Assembly: GCA_964016885.1 (NCBI GenBank) | Contig: OZ024740.1 | Coordinates: forward strand, 408,704,001-408,768,000 | Length of the DNA stretch: 64,000 nt | Source: Eledone cirrhosa | Lineage: Eukaryota | Direction of reading: 5' to 3' | Part shown: in pieces, positions 25,144-37,955 of the stretch | Layout of the letters: every line of letters begins with the position of its first letter | How positions within the stretch are numbered: position 1 is the stretch's first letter | The notes under the pieces: generated by a model | The model's input: the letters and a program-made list of their open reading frames with translations, nothing else | What the model was told of the DNA's origin: nothing | The model's database searches: none | Program-made: the position numbers and the translations under genes

Positions 25144-25491
25144 CAGTGTACCCCCGACATTCGTGGTCCTGGTTATTTGTTGAATTTTCCTTAGGACCTA
25201 ACTAATAATTGTTTGTGGAAACCACCGCATATTCATGGAATCGCAAATATCTTCCGTGGTTTGTTTTATGGCTTTTTTGTGGCAATAAATATTTTTTTTT
25301 TTAATGCTAAATTATTAATAACAATATTATTGGATGCCCCTTCACATAAGACACTTCCTCTTTTTTTATTATATTTTACGTTATATTTTGATGTTTATGA
25401 GCCTTTTTATGGACCACGTCCAAAATTCGTGGTTTTTCACTCTTCGGGGTGCTCTAGGAATGTAACCCCTGCGAATACTGGGAGACAACTG
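25144..25491. mobile_element. Tc1/mariner (pogo/Tigger-type) MITE
   Basis: Imperfect TIRs CAGTGTACCCCCGACATTCG / CGAATACTGGGAGACAACTG have TA on both sides. Confidence 0.65.
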
Positions 25492-26335
25492 TATATATAT
25501 ATATATCACGTCATTAAGTATGAAATGACAGGGTTAGAGTTAGGGTTAGCTGTTTGATGTAGGTTGTGTCTGCTCACATTGGAATGCCCATGCTTTGGTA
25601 TCCATAACAACACATCACTGACAATATCTTCTTTTGCTCTCCAACTGCACCCCATGATTCTGGTTCATCTCTCGGGTGGAATGAGAAATTAGAGGCCGTA
25701 AAGTTGCTTTTTATCATTTTTGTGTACGCCCGATCAAGTTTCTTCTCGAGACATAGTAAGTGTACATGTAGTACATAAGTACAGCAGGAGTGAATATGCG
25801 GTTGCTTGGATGAATTGGGGTTCAGGTTATTGTGGTCAGTTTTTTTATTGCGGGAAGGGGGGTGGGGTTATCGGGAGGAGGGCGGTTTTCATTGGGAGGG
25901 TCCAAATATATTGGGGGGGGGTCCACTTTTTATGGGCGGGGGGAGGGTCAGTTTCTTCATTGGGCATGGCGGGGGTGCGTTTTGTTAGATGGTCTAATAA
26001 TTTTGCCACTTGTACTAAAAAAAAACCCACTCTAATCCCAATAAAACCACCCCACCACAAGTAGTATAACACCTTCACCCCTACATTCAATACCACATTC
26101 ACTAACAGCACCCCACATCTTCCTCTAGCCTCTACAATCTTCTATGTGGACACTCCACTTGCTATTAATAGCAGTCGACCTCCCTCAAATCACACCCTAC
26201 TGTCTTAGGGTATATTGGACAAATATAATCTTAGATACATTGTTTGAATAAACAACAGGATGGTCATGACAAGAACACATTTGACAGTGGGTCTATTCCA
26301 TCATTGCTTCATTGCTAATCTGAGGCATAATATTG

Positions 26336-26546
26336 GTTTCTTATATAGGCACAAGGCCAGCAATTTTGTAGGAGATGAAAGTCGATTAAATCGATCCCAG
26401 TGTGTGACTGGTACTTTATTTTATCGCCCCCGTAAGGATGAAAGGCAAAGTTAACCCCGGCAGGATTTGAACTCAGATCATAAAGGGCCATAACTCTATG
26501 CATCAAAGCATGGTGTCCGACCCTCTACCGATACTGCCAATCCACC
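26336..26546 (-). mobile_element. tRNA-derived SINE family A
   Basis: It matches 1826-2012. Confidence 0.85.
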
Positions 26547-27127
26547 ATACCATCTGAGGCATAATAATGATAAAGCAACTATCACAACACTACTAAAACT
26601 ACTGCCAACAACAAAAATAAACTTCCACCAACATCATGCTCTCCACTAACACCAACACCCCTACTATAATCAATCTAAGAACCACCACCACCACTGCCAA
26701 CAGAACCAGGTACATGTTCCTCTGCAACCAACATCTCCAACACTATCAATTGACAATAGGATAAAATCATGGAGTCTCATATATTTCTAGAAAGAAAATT
26801 TTCACTAATTTATGCAATTGTTAAGTAATCAGACTAAACTAATATTGCCGATGAATAGTTAAGAAATTGTAACAAAAGATTTATTATCACTGAAATAAAA
26901 CAATGATTGATTATCAGTTGTAGATGAACAATAAACATTTCTATCTTTCTATATATCTTGACCTAAAGACCTTTATTTCACTTTCTTTTTTTCCATTTAC
27001 AAAGCTGTCTGAATGAATAGATTGTGAAAGCTGTTCTGCCATATATGGGGATACAAACAGATATAACTAGGATGAGTCTGTGAAGTGAGTACAGTGAAGA
27101 ATTCATTAGTCTATGAGATCATAGTTA

Positions 27128-27153
27128 TATAACAAATCTGAGAACTCTCTCTT

Positions 27154-27188
<35 letters not shown>

Positions 27189-27415
27189 TTCTCAGATTTG
27201 TTATATATATATCCAGGGAGTGTAACGTGGAGTTACTGTAGGTTCACCCGGGTGAGCACTCGATGTTTAGGTTCACTTCTGTATCAAGGTGTAGAGCTAG
27301 ACAGAGTGTAGTATAATAAAATAAAACAAGGATGAGTGGTTACTCCTTCATTACGTTTTTGCAATAAATGTAATGAAGGAGTAACCACTTGTCCTTGTTT
27401 TATTTTATATATATA
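27128..27415. repeat. Two short palindromes (27128-27206; 27312-27412)
   Basis: ATAACAAATCTGAGAACTCTCTCT...AGAGAGAGTTCTCAGATTTGTTAT and ATAAAACAAGGA...TCCTTGTTTTAT. Confidence 0.7.
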
Positions 27416-27420
27416 TATAT

Positions 27421-29372
27421 TTAACAAAGGGTATAAGTAAAGATTTGTTAAATGGATTAACATGATTATTAGATGTAATAACAAGAATAAATGATTTAGT
27501 TTATATATGGTTTACTTCACTTCAATCAAAAAGTACAATAAAACAGTTACCAAGAGATGCGAAGGTTGACGTTGTTGTCGTAAGTCTGAGACCAGAGTGA
27601 GTGAGAGAGAGTAATGGTGAATCTTTACATAGCTTGTTGTATGTCGTGGTGCTCCGATGTCTCTGTGTAAACGTGGGGTGATAAAGGTTTTATATACCTG
27701 TCGCTTCCTGTCTCCCACCTTGAGGGGATAGCCAACACATCAACCTGATGACACCAAAAGGGTGGTGACCTAGAATTTGACCTTTAGGTGTCACCCAAGG
27801 TTCAAGGTGCAGACAGACTTTGCTACATTAGTTCCCTACCCAGATCGATGCAGGAGCAGCGATCGATTATAAAAGGGGTAGCAAAATCTGATTCCTAGAA
27901 GCGTGTCCCAAAACACACAAAATGTGGGTACAGCACCCGCATTTCGAGTGTAGAGAAATTTGGAGAGAGAAAAAAAAAATATAGTATAACTGTGTATGCA
28001 TGTGTGTGTGTGAAACATTTAGAAGAAACTGTAAAAATACAAAGTTGTGATCATGTATTTCGAACTGTTGTGTATGGATGGATGGACGTTGCGGTTACGG
28101 TATCGGATTACGATATGATAACACAGAGGACTATTTCTCTCGATGTATCATCATACGTAAGATTCTCTTCCAATGAGTTGAGGTTTATGCTATGACATGA
28201 GTGTGTGCAATTTTGAGTTGCGTGCTCAGTGAGTCGAGTGAGTAGTAACCGTGGGTTGATTATCATGTGTTTAATAACTTTTGCTATACCTTGATCAGTT
28301 GAAAAGTGATCCCGCAGAGACCCAACTGAATCCAGAATATACCATAGACAAAAACATGTTGGTGTGTGACAAAGAAAATGATGTGTGTTTGATGCAAAAC
28401 GTGTTATTCATACAGGCATATAATACAGTAAAACGAATAAAAAATTAAAAAATGACATTCATATATATCCTGTAAAAAAAAAAAAAAATAAATAAAAATA
28501 TTTATATAATTATTCTTTACAAAAAGTTCAGTTTTCTCTTCTTTATGTGATCGGATTCTTGCTAGGAAGCTAGTAGTATTGTCTGTTGTTGTTGTTGTTG
28601 GAGATTACGAAGCAAGTGGTGAAGTGTTTGGTAATTAATCGAAACATAAAAGCGAAGTCACTGTAAATATTCTGTAGAATGGAAGTTTGGTGAATAATTT
28701 GAAAAAATGAAGTTTTATCATATCGTAGAATATAGATGAGAAGCTTGGTAAGAGAAAGTTGTTGATATTGGTAATAGAAGCCATGATCAGATCAAAGGGC
28801 TGCATTGTCCTCTTTTTTTTTTAAATACCACTTCGTATTATTTTTTTTTTTTTTAAATCACGTCGGGTTTACCAATTTAACGAAGGGTATAATAAGTAAT
28901 TAGAGATGGATTAACATGATTAATAGATGTAATAACATGAATAAATGATTTAGTTTATATATGGTTTACTTCACTTCAATCAAAAAGTACAATAAAACAC
29001 TTACCAAGATATGCGAAGGTTGACGTTGTTGTCATAAGTCTGAGACCAGAGTGAGTGAGAGAGAGTAATGGTTTGTATACCTCTGAATGGTCTGTAGTAG
29101 TTCTCATCGTTAGTCTATTCTCTATGTATTTCTGTAGACCACTGGGGTCTGTTTGATAACGGTGAATCTTTACATAGCTTGTTGTATGTCGTGGTGCTCC
29201 GATGTCTCTGTGTAAATGTGGGGTGATAAAGGCTTTATATACCTGTCGCTTCTTGTCTCCCACCTTGAGGGGATAGCCAACGCATCAACCTGTTCACACC
29301 AAAAGGGTGGTGACCTAGAATTTGACCTTTAGGTGTCACCCAAGGTTCAAGGCGCGGACAGACTTCGCTACA
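27421..29372 (-). mobile_element. Non-autonomous LTR retroelement (Gypsy-type PBS) with no coding region
   Basis: Direct repeats lie at 27421-27827 and 28877-29372, starting TGTAGC on the minus strand. The PBS TGGTAAACCCGACGTGAT (28874-28857) matches the tRNA-Trp 3' complement at 16/18. A PPT-like GGGTAGGGAAC precedes the 3' LTR, and both flanks are TA repeats. Confidence 0.85.
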
Positions 29373-29383
29373 TATATATATAT

Positions 29384-29705
29384 ATCAAAATAAATTAACG
29401 GGGTCGGTACCTGTAATTTATGAGCTCAAAGGAAAGAGAATCCTGGGCTCTTCAAATATAATATATAGAAAAGATAATACACGAGAGAGTGTGTTTATCA
29501 ATGTACAGGGAAAGCCACCAGTGTATGGAATCTATAAATTAAGAAAAGTGAGGAAGATGCATAATAATTAAAAATGATTTATATTTTTAATTATTATGCA
29601 TCTACCTCACTTTTTTTAGTTTATAGATTCCATACACTGGTGGCTTTCCCTGTACATTGATAAACACACACTCTCTCGTGTATTATCTTTTCTATATATT
29701 ATATA
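29384..29705. mobile_element. Fold-back element (palindrome about 29455-29705)
   Basis: It has ~120-bp inverted arms and TA flanks. The terminal segment CTGTAATTTTATGAGCTCAA is shared with 18925. Confidence 0.7.
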
Positions 29706-29785
29706 TATGTGTGTGTATTCCAGGTTCAGTCAGAGGTAACCACAGTAAGTAAGGTACTCAATACATAGCAGAGTATAAATTTTTA

Positions 29786-29901
29786 ATATAGAAATGGCTT
29801 CTACAGGACTAGAACTGTTTCATTCAAAGAAAATCACCAGGAAAGCCCTGATGATTTCCTTCAAATGAAACAGTTCTAGTCCTATAGAAGCTATTTCTAT
29901 A
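29786..29901 (+). ncRNA. Palindrome containing a hammerhead-like motif
   Basis: CTGATGA(29848)-TTTCCTTCAAAT-GAAA(29867)-CAGTTCTA-GTC. The left arm is the reverse complement, with the core mutated to CTGGTGA. Confidence 0.55.
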
Positions 29902-30004
29902 TAAGTGAAGGTATGTGTCAACTAAGGTTTTGCATCCACTCTTCCTCACTTTGTCCTAGTTTTTGAGAAACTCATACAAGACTAAGTCTAGGTAGCCATA
30001 AGAA

Positions 30005-30006
<2 letters not shown>

Positions 30007-30036
<30 letters not shown>

Positions 30037-30560
30037 CTTCTTCTTCTTCTTCTTCTTCTTCTTCTTCTTCTTCCCCTCCCCCTCCTCTCCCCCTCCTTCT
30101 CCTTCTCCAATTTATTCCTGAGAGCAGGTCCTGTCAGAAGCAACCATTTCCAACTGATCTAGCTGTATACCCAAGTGAGATAAGACAAGCTCATGGATGT
30201 TATCCAACCATCTTGCTCAGGGTCTACCCCTGGGTCTCCTGCCAGCTAGTTTTGTCCATAAAATCTGTCCAGCGTTTTTTTCCTGAAACATTCTAACCAC
30301 ATGGCCATTATACCAGAGCTGTGATCTCACAACTCAGAGAAGTAGTGGCTCTACCTAGAGTGACTCTCTGATCTCCAAGCTATGCACACTATTGATTAAT
30401 GTTACTCCAAAGACTCTTTAGAGGAACCCCATTTCAGCCGCTTGTATTCTCGATCATATTCTTTTGGTCATTACCCAAGATTCATGACCATAGGTAAGGG
30501 TTGGTATGAATACCGAATTGAAGATAGCAAGTTTGGTTTTTACACCTGCCTCCCTTCTGA
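30007..30560 (-). mobile_element. RTE-clade LINE 3' fragment with (GAA)n tail
   Basis: It is the reverse complement of the 17475 family and includes RIRSRIQAAEMGFL-like sequence. Confidence 0.7.
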
Positions 30561-30699
30561 TTACTGAATGCTGAATCGGGCACATTACTGCACCAGCTCT
30601 TGCAATTCACGGCTTTGAGAAAGTACAACATTAGTGACTGGCATGAATAAGACCACCAAAACTGCAATATTCTGGGAGGTACAAAAAATAACCATACCG

Positions 30700-31000
30700 C
30701 ATTGTCCTTTGTGCAGGTTATTACCTAAGGTTTATCTAAGTTTAATTATTCTATCACTCACTCTGACTACCACAATTACCTGGTCTACCCATCTCTCAGT
30801 GAAGAGCATACCTACTCCACCTACCCCATTATTGTTCCCACCCAGAAGAATTTGTACCAATGTTCCTTTTCTGTGATATGTCTGATTGAAGCACCCTTCC
30901 ACTTACTTCTTGCGTACAACACATATCTACATGTTTCCTCTCTAGCACCTCCACAATCTCACCATACTTACCTTTCGTTGTTCCAACAGTGATAATGATA
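30700..31000 (-). mobile_element. RTE LINE AP-endonuclease N-terminal fragment
   Basis: TVGTTKGKYGEIVEVLERKHVDMCCTQEV matches the APE NVxT...DxxxxQE motif. Confidence 0.65.
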
Positions 31001-31556
31001 AATCTTGTATTCCTCATTTTATGATAAGGAGGTTGCATGTATGTCTTGCTATTTTCATGGACCTCTGTTGGGCAGGAGGACTGCATGACTGCTTGGTGAT
31101 AATGAGGGGATTTACATGCATGTTGGGGTCTTTCATGTACTGTATTGTGTAGTCGTTCAGATGTTTGTAGTCTCCACCAGCACCAGTAACAACTTGGGCC
31201 CCCTCTAGCTGTTGGGCCTATCACTGTTTGCCTGGGTTTCCTATTGAGCTCTGATCTAGTGTGTATAACATTTACTATATAGTTTGGGTGAATTGAAAGG
31301 GAAATGTGCATGTATATATTGCGAAAAAGTACAGCCCTCCCCACATGTAGGGTTATGTATGTATGCATCACCTACCCCCACAGAAGAGGGGCTTCTCGGC
31401 AGAGGGGCTGGGGAACACATTCATCATCACATGGTATGCAGGCAGGTGAGGTGGGCAGGAAAATGGTTGCTTAAAGGTTAGGACGCTTCTAATTGAAACA
31501 AATTATAAATGCTAAAAAAAATTGGAAAATCATGTTTAAAGGTAATGAATTAATAG

Positions 31557-32764
31557 TCTGTGACACCACTGCGGCCATTTTTTTAACACAATACTTTGAT
31601 GTTATTGGGAGATAAATATAGTTTTAATGAGTAGAATAAACTATAGTTTGGTAGTTTTGCAATTCTGGTTCAAAAGTTACGAAAGTTTTTTGATTTTGAG
31701 AGAAAATAAAATAAACCAGGGTCATAAGTAGTGTATTTTATCATTTACTGAAGTTATCTTCATCACTACTACCTGAAGTATCACTTTTACCTTCATCACT
31801 GCTGCCTGAAGTATCATTTCCACCATCACTGACTTCATCTTCGGACTCTTCATCGTCATCAATGGCTCTAATATGTTTGTAAAACTTTCATCCATGTACA
31901 CATGTACACTTCTTCGCTGTGTTGAGAGAAACTAATATGACTGTATAAAGATCCTGCTTATGAATGTTCTCGGCTTGGAGCTTGTAGCACATCATTCCTT
32001 TCTTTTTTCCACAACAGTATCCTTTTCGCTTAAGGAATCTTTGAACAGATCATAGAGCTACTTGGACTTGCTTCGGTGAATCACAGTCAACTGTAATGTA
32101 ATCATTTTCGACACAGCAGTCCATCACATCCCGAGCAACAGTCCTAGTGTGAGTCGCCAACGATCTCTGACAAATTTCTGGAATACAGAAGTCATAAGAT
32201 GAAGATCAGGAACTACCGAAGCTTTGGGATTTCGATTTCCAGTCATCTTCTGCTCCAAAATTTCTCCAGTCTCAACAAATTTGGTCCAGATTTTGTTGCA
32301 GAGCTTATTACTTTGACCAAGGACATTTGCAGTACGGTTCATGGCATCTGCATTCTTCTTCATTCACCCAGGTCTCTTATTACTATGTAGCATGACATGT
32401 TCATGACAAAATTTGGCTTGTACAGAAAGAATATCCAGCTTCTCCTCCTTAGTAAGGCTCCTAGGTAGATTTTTTTCCACGAAACTGCATTGATTCGAGA
32501 AATGGTTTATCCACGACCTTATGCTTCTTCTTGGGAGTGTAAGAAACAACATTTCCCTGTCTTTTGTTTCTTCTTGACTCCAAAACAGGATCTTCTACTT
32601 GGTCGTTTTCTTCATTTCTTTCCATAACTTTTGATCGGGAGGGGAGAGAAAAAATAATGGTGCAAAAGAAAGATCTTAACGAGCTCTATTCAACAATATA
32701 ATGGGTTTAAACATTAAAAACTGACTGAGTAAAACACAAAATAGGCTTGAATGGTGTCGCAGAC
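31557..32764 (-). mobile_element. Degenerate IS630-Tc1-mariner-like DNA transposon
   Basis: Inverted termini are GTCTGTGACACCA / TGGTGTCGCAGAC. The disrupted minus-strand frame has HTH-like segments, SVQRFLKRKGY and VYMDESF (first catalytic D). Confidence 0.55.
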
Positions 32765-32931
32765 CGAAGAATTTTTAGTGGATTGAACTATAAAAACGTA
32801 GGCAAGAAAAAAAAGAAAAAAACATGTTTAAAGGGAATGAATTAAATAAGACTTTTGGTGGCCCTACTGTTGCTTGATTGGTGGCAAACCACAGATATCC
32901 TGCAATTACATAGTATATATATATATATATA

Positions 32932-34226
32932 CAGGGTGCAGACGATATTTGTTCGCAATTTTCAACTGCTAATTTTAAGCAAATTTTTTTTACTTCCGTT
33001 GTCACTCTTGTCTTCATAAAAACAGTGACTATATTTCCATTATTTATTTTCAGAATAATTGATTATGAATAATTTTGAGCTTCCAAATTTGTGGAAGAGA
33101 CACGGAGTTCTTCTTGGAATCCGCGGCGGGAGGACAAATAAGGAAATTTCAGACTTTCTCAGCGTCAGCAGGAGGATGGTGGAAAAGGTCAGAAAGGAAT
33201 TGGAAGATTCAGGATTCGACTACGAAGCAACATCAGAGAGGAAAACACATGATTGACGATCTGACGTCTTCAGAACGCCCGAGTTCGTCGTTGAAATTCA
33301 GGATATCATCAACAATGAACCTAGCAAGTCGATGCGTGCCATTGCAAGGGAGAAAGGCATGGATGAAAAGCTCATTAGGCTGGTGGTACATTAAGACATT
33401 CGCTACGTTTCATACAAGATGAAGAAAGGACAATTTCTGTCAAAGGCGATGCAAGAAAAGCGACTGAAGCATGCAAAGAAGCTGATCAACAAGTTGAAAC
33501 ACCCACTGGAGCCAGACATGCTGTGGTTTTTCTCCGACGAGAAAAACTTCTGCCAAGACCAGAAGATCAACTCCCAGAACAACAGGTAGCTCGCTGTCTC
33601 ATCCAAAGACGTGCCCAGAGTCATGCAGACAAAGTTTCCAGCGACAACATTGGTCTTAGGTGTTGTCAGCAGTCAAGGTGATGTCTTGCCACCTCACTTC
33701 TTCCCTGAGGGCCTCAAGCTGAACACCAATGGCTATATCCGCGTTCTGAGCGAGGTAGTAAAGCCCTGGATCGACCAGGTAGCTGCAGGTAGGCTGTATG
33801 TGTGGCAGCAAGACTCAGCGCCCTGCCATACCAGCCAAAAGACCCAAGTCTGGCTGTCAGAGAACTTCGTCGACCACACTTCACCTGACATCTGGCCTCC
33901 CAGCTTGCCTGACTGCAACCCCCTCGACTTCTTTGTGTGGGGCGCAGTGGAACGAGACACCAACAGATCTAGCTGCAATACGAAAGACGATCTGAAGGCC
34001 AGGATCACAAGTGCCTTTAGGGGGACAGTGACGAAGGCCTGTAGCCGGTTCCGTGACCGCCTTGAGGCCGTCATCAAAGCCAATGGCAGGTTTATCGAGT
34101 GAAATCGAAAGAACAAGTCATGAAGACAAACTGACCCAAGTTTGATAAATAAATCTTAAAAAATAAAACTACTGTCTTATTTTTTCCTAGACAGTAATCT
34201 TGCGAACAAATATCATTCGCACCCTG
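32932..34226 (+). mobile_element. Full-length Tc1/mariner transposon, DD37D (maT) family
   Basis: The 27-bp TIRs CAGGGTGCAGACGATATTTGTTCGCAA / TTGCGAACAAATATCATTCGCACCCTG are flanked by a TA TSD. Confidence 0.92.
33065..34102 (+). pseudogene. DD37D transposase with three in-frame stops
   Basis: It has FFSDEKNF...WQQDSAPCH...WPPSLPDCNPLD, with 37 residues between the last two Asp. Stops are at about 33254, 33392 and 33587, with no frameshift. Confidence 0.9.
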
Positions 34227-34239
34227 TATATATATATAT

Positions 34240-34850
34240 CATCACCGTTCAACATCTGTTTTTCTATCTTTGCATGTGTTAGATCAGTTGTCACGTAATG
34301 AGTCATGTCAAGTCAGCTGATCATGTCAGGCTCATACAGATCTGTATTTTGGCTATTTCTATGGTTGGATGCCCTTCTACTGCCTACCACGTTACAGTGG
34401 GGACTGTGTGCTTTTCCATTGTGTCACTAGCACAATCACCTTACAGAATGGACTGGGTGCTTTTTTCATGTCACCAGCACAACCACCTTACAGGATGGAC
34501 AGGGTGATTTGTTGTTGTGACACCAGATTAAAATACATGATGGACTTGGGAGTGGGGGTTTCTATGCATAATTTTGCAGATGTGTATATAGGGTAAGGAT
34601 TGAGGGTTGGGGGAACAAGTAATCAAGTTCAACAAGGTGAGGTGTATAGGTTATTTAACTGGTGATGGAAGGGGTATAAAATGGGGGATTTAAGACTAGG
34701 AAGGGGTAAAGAGTAGAAGTCTGGTGCTAGCTAGTGCCTACGCCATAAGATCTTGATCCTGTGTCATCTCCTTTGTGAAGTTTAACTGAGCAAAGGTCAG
34801 CTTTTATCTCTTCATTCCAAGCTTTCCTAGGTCCTCCTCTTCCAATACAA
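34240..34850 (-). mobile_element. Diverged RTE LINE 3' end
   Basis: It has GRGGPRKAW-like coding sequence and the TGGATGCCCTTC tail motif. Confidence 0.6.
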
Positions 34851-34880
34851 ACATATATATACATTATATATATATATACT

Positions 34881-34954
<74 letters not shown>

Positions 34955-34958
<4 letters not shown>

Positions 34959-36378
34959 ATAATAATAAATTTGAAGACTAAAATCCAAAGAGAGCTCTAT
35001 AAGGATAAATATATATCAAATATATAAGAACCATAGAGCAAATATTTATTAAAATAACAGATTAAAATTTAAGCAAAAAATCGCTGCTTTCACCCTTAAC
35101 GGGATCTTCTGAAACTAACAAAGTCAATCTGTAAACGCAGAAGTGGATATTTCAAAAAACGTTGCAACCGGAGGAAGACAAGAAGACGATACTTTGGTTC
35201 GTGGAAACGTTCCCTGGCAAAGAACAGGAAAAAACGAAAATAATACGTCATTAATAGGAGCAGTGAAAAACAATTACGCGCAAAGACAGAACCACGTTTA
35301 TGGTATAAAAGAGGTCGTAGACTAATGTTCTCTTGGGTGGTTCATAGAGACGTTCTCTGGCAATGAACGAAAAAAACGAAGATAATACATCATATGTGGA
35401 GCGTGGAGAACAATTGCACACAAAGACAAAGCCACGTAAATGGTATAGCAGAGGTCATAGACTAAAATTCTAACTAGGAGACCGAATGAATCTCCGCTTC
35501 AGAGTTAAGAACAAAGTAAATAAATACAATACAGAGGTAATAGAAATTAAATAAATACATACACGCATACAAATACGTACATACACAAGCATACGCGAAA
35601 ACACTTACCATAGGTATACAAAACCACGCACATATAAATATGTGTGTGTGTGTGTATGCGTGTATACAAATAAATAAATAATTAAATAAACGTATATGAA
35701 TAAATAAATATGTATATAACAAGCGCACACACATACCTACATGTAAATACACAAATGTTCGGAGACGTAAGTCAACCAAAACACGAAGTACACATATACA
35801 CACACCCTACATACGTACGAACCTGCATACTCACACAGACGCAAAACTCCCGTATACACATAACCAAACCATATGTACCAGAATATATAAAATTATACGC
35901 CATAACATATACAATCAAATATACGTACGAGAAGGTATACGTACCTTCACAAAACATACAGGTAATATAACTTACCTATGCAAATAAGTAATGGTATAAA
36001 CAAAACATATACTTAGCTACCACATCAAGACGTAAAATATCCACGTATAGATCGTACTATCCGTTAGGGTATAACGTGGGGCTGTAATACAGGAAAGGTT
36101 TGTGCAATTTATGTTTACAAACTGAAATTGCCTCAGATTTTTTGTTTAAGATGTGGTCTGTGGCGTAGAGTATTTCCAGGGCCTCAGCGGCGCAGAGGTC
36201 ACACGGTCTTTTATTTCCGTTATACGATCTAGCCTCAGCTAGGATCTCCCAGTGTAACTTATATTGGGTGTGGTTGTCTTTTAGACTCCAGATATAAGCT
36301 GAAAGTGATGTCATCCCGTTAAGGGTGAAAGCAGCGATTCTTTGCTTAAACTTTAATCTGTTATTTTAATAAATATAT
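34955..36378 (-). mobile_element. Penelope-like 3' fragment (end of GIY-YIG plus 3' UTR) with a short inverted pLTR
   Basis: TSLSAYIWSLKD...WEIL...CDLCAAEALEIL...LNKKSE...CKHK. 36313-36378 is the reverse complement of 35042-35105. A hammerhead-like CAGAAGA-TCCC..GGGT-GAAA-GCA..TGC-TT lies at 35067-35115 (-). There is a ~140-bp tandem duplication at 35195-35465. Confidence 0.8.
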
Positions 36379-36443
36379 ATATATATAGTGAAAAGTTAGA
36401 CGGGAACAAAAACAGAGAGGCAGACAAATAAAGGTTTATTAGG

Positions 36444-37138
36444 TATCATCATCATCATCGTTTAACGTCCATCTTCCACGCTTCCATGGGTTTGGACGGG
36501 AATTTTCCCACTTGAGGCAAGATTGGTTGTCTTGCTCGTATAGGACTGTCTGGCGGGTTTTCTATGGCTGGATGCCCTTCCTAACACCAACCACGTTTAC
36601 AGTGTGAACTGGGAGGTTTTTACCGTGTTACCTACACGGCCACATTACAGCATGGACTGTGTGTTTTTTGTCGTGACACCTACACGACCTCATTTGTTTC
36701 GGACTGGATGTTGTGGTACCAACATAACTTTACATTGAAAGGGGTGGTGTGGATGGGGTGGGGGTAATGGGACGGGGGTGTATTTTTGTTAGAGGTGCCT
36801 ACTGACTGTAGGTTTTGCTTTGCACTTAGGCAAGGTGGGTCTTCTGTATTACTGTGTAGCGCCAAAGATCTCGGTCCAGTGACATTGCTTGGAGTGTGTG
36901 AGGTCGGAATTTATCAAGTCGTCCCAGGTTTTTCTGGGTCTGCCTACTCCGTGGCTACCGTCTATTTTTATCGCCCTGCACTATTTTATACAGCTGTTGT
37001 CTTTCATGTGCATCACGTGACCATACCAACGTAGTCTTCTCTCGAGTAAACAACATCTGATCCCTCTTATTCCTAATTTCTCCCTTAGTTCGTTTATGCT
37101 TTGCCGTTCACGTATATTACTATTACACATCCAGCGGA
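36444..37138 (-). mobile_element. RTE LINE 3' end
   Basis: It is nearly identical to 42932-43645 (RWMCNSNIRERQS...RWYGHV). Confidence 0.9.
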
Positions 37139-37140
37139 TA

Positions 37141-37775
37141 TATATATATAATTGAATATACAAGAGAGATAAACACAAATATAAACATACATGTGTTTGA
37201 ATTGTAAAAGACCAGGTTCACTAGGGTGAAAAAATACTAACTATAACAATATGGTTTGCCAGGCATTTTGAGTTTCTAACTCAATATCTAATATTGTCGG
37301 CTCTGTCTCGTTGAGCTAATTTAAATGTCGTGTAAACCTGGCTGCTATTTTTAACAGCATAGGTTTATGAGATACGCTAGGCTCTGAAGACACTATTCAG
37401 TCTTCTGATATACTTAGAAGTGGAAGGATTGCTAATTTTTAACACCTACTGATGAGCAAAAAGTTGGTGATTCCTTCGCTTAATAATTTGCAAAACAGTT
37501 CCTATAACTGTCTGGGTGTTTCAGGGAGTTGCCCAATAGGTTTGTTTTTCTTTTTCTTGATTTATTACTTTAAATTAAGTCTGGCAAACCATATTATAGT
37601 TAGTATTTTTTCACCCTAATGAACCTGGTCCTTTACAATTCAAACACATGTATGTTTATATTTGTGTTTATCTCTCTTGTATATTCAATTATATTACACG
37701 GCTCAGAAAAACTTCTTTCTTGGAGCTATTTAATTGTAAGAAACTATTTTGAGTTTCTAACTCAATATCTAATAT
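37141..37775. mobile_element. Fold-back element (arms about 37147-37262 / 37580-37695); partial copy at 37958-38070
   Basis: It has inverted arms, TA flanks and an internal hammerhead. Confidence 0.75.
37441..37520 (+). ncRNA. Type I hammerhead with a G12A substitution
   Basis: AACACCTA-CTGATGA(37449)-GCAAA...TTTGC-AAAA-CAGTT-CCTAT-AACTG-TC/TGGGTGTT. All three stems pair. Confidence 0.75.
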
Positions 37776-37784
37776 ATATATATA

Positions 37785-37955
37785 TCATCATCATCATCAT
37801 CATCATCATCAACGTTTAACGTCCGTGTTCCACGCTTGCATGGGTTTGGACGGGGGTTTTCCCACTTGAGGCAAGAGTGATTGTCTTGCTTGCATAGGAC
37901 TGTCTGGCGGGTTTTCTACAGCTGGATGCCCTTCCTAACACCAACCATATTTACA
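37785..37955 (-). mobile_element. RTE 3' tail; opposite-orientation copy at 38550-38703 (+)
   Basis: It matches 42932-43095 and has a (GAT)n end. Confidence 0.8.

Noticed and set aside
25725-26015. G-rich segment with G-quadruplex potential and short ORFs
   Set aside because: It is probably a repeat fragment, with no termini or protein homology recognisable.
27213-27300. PPT-like CAGGGAG followed by TGTAACG (possible LTR start)
   Set aside because: It is too short, and there is no partner LTR in the window.
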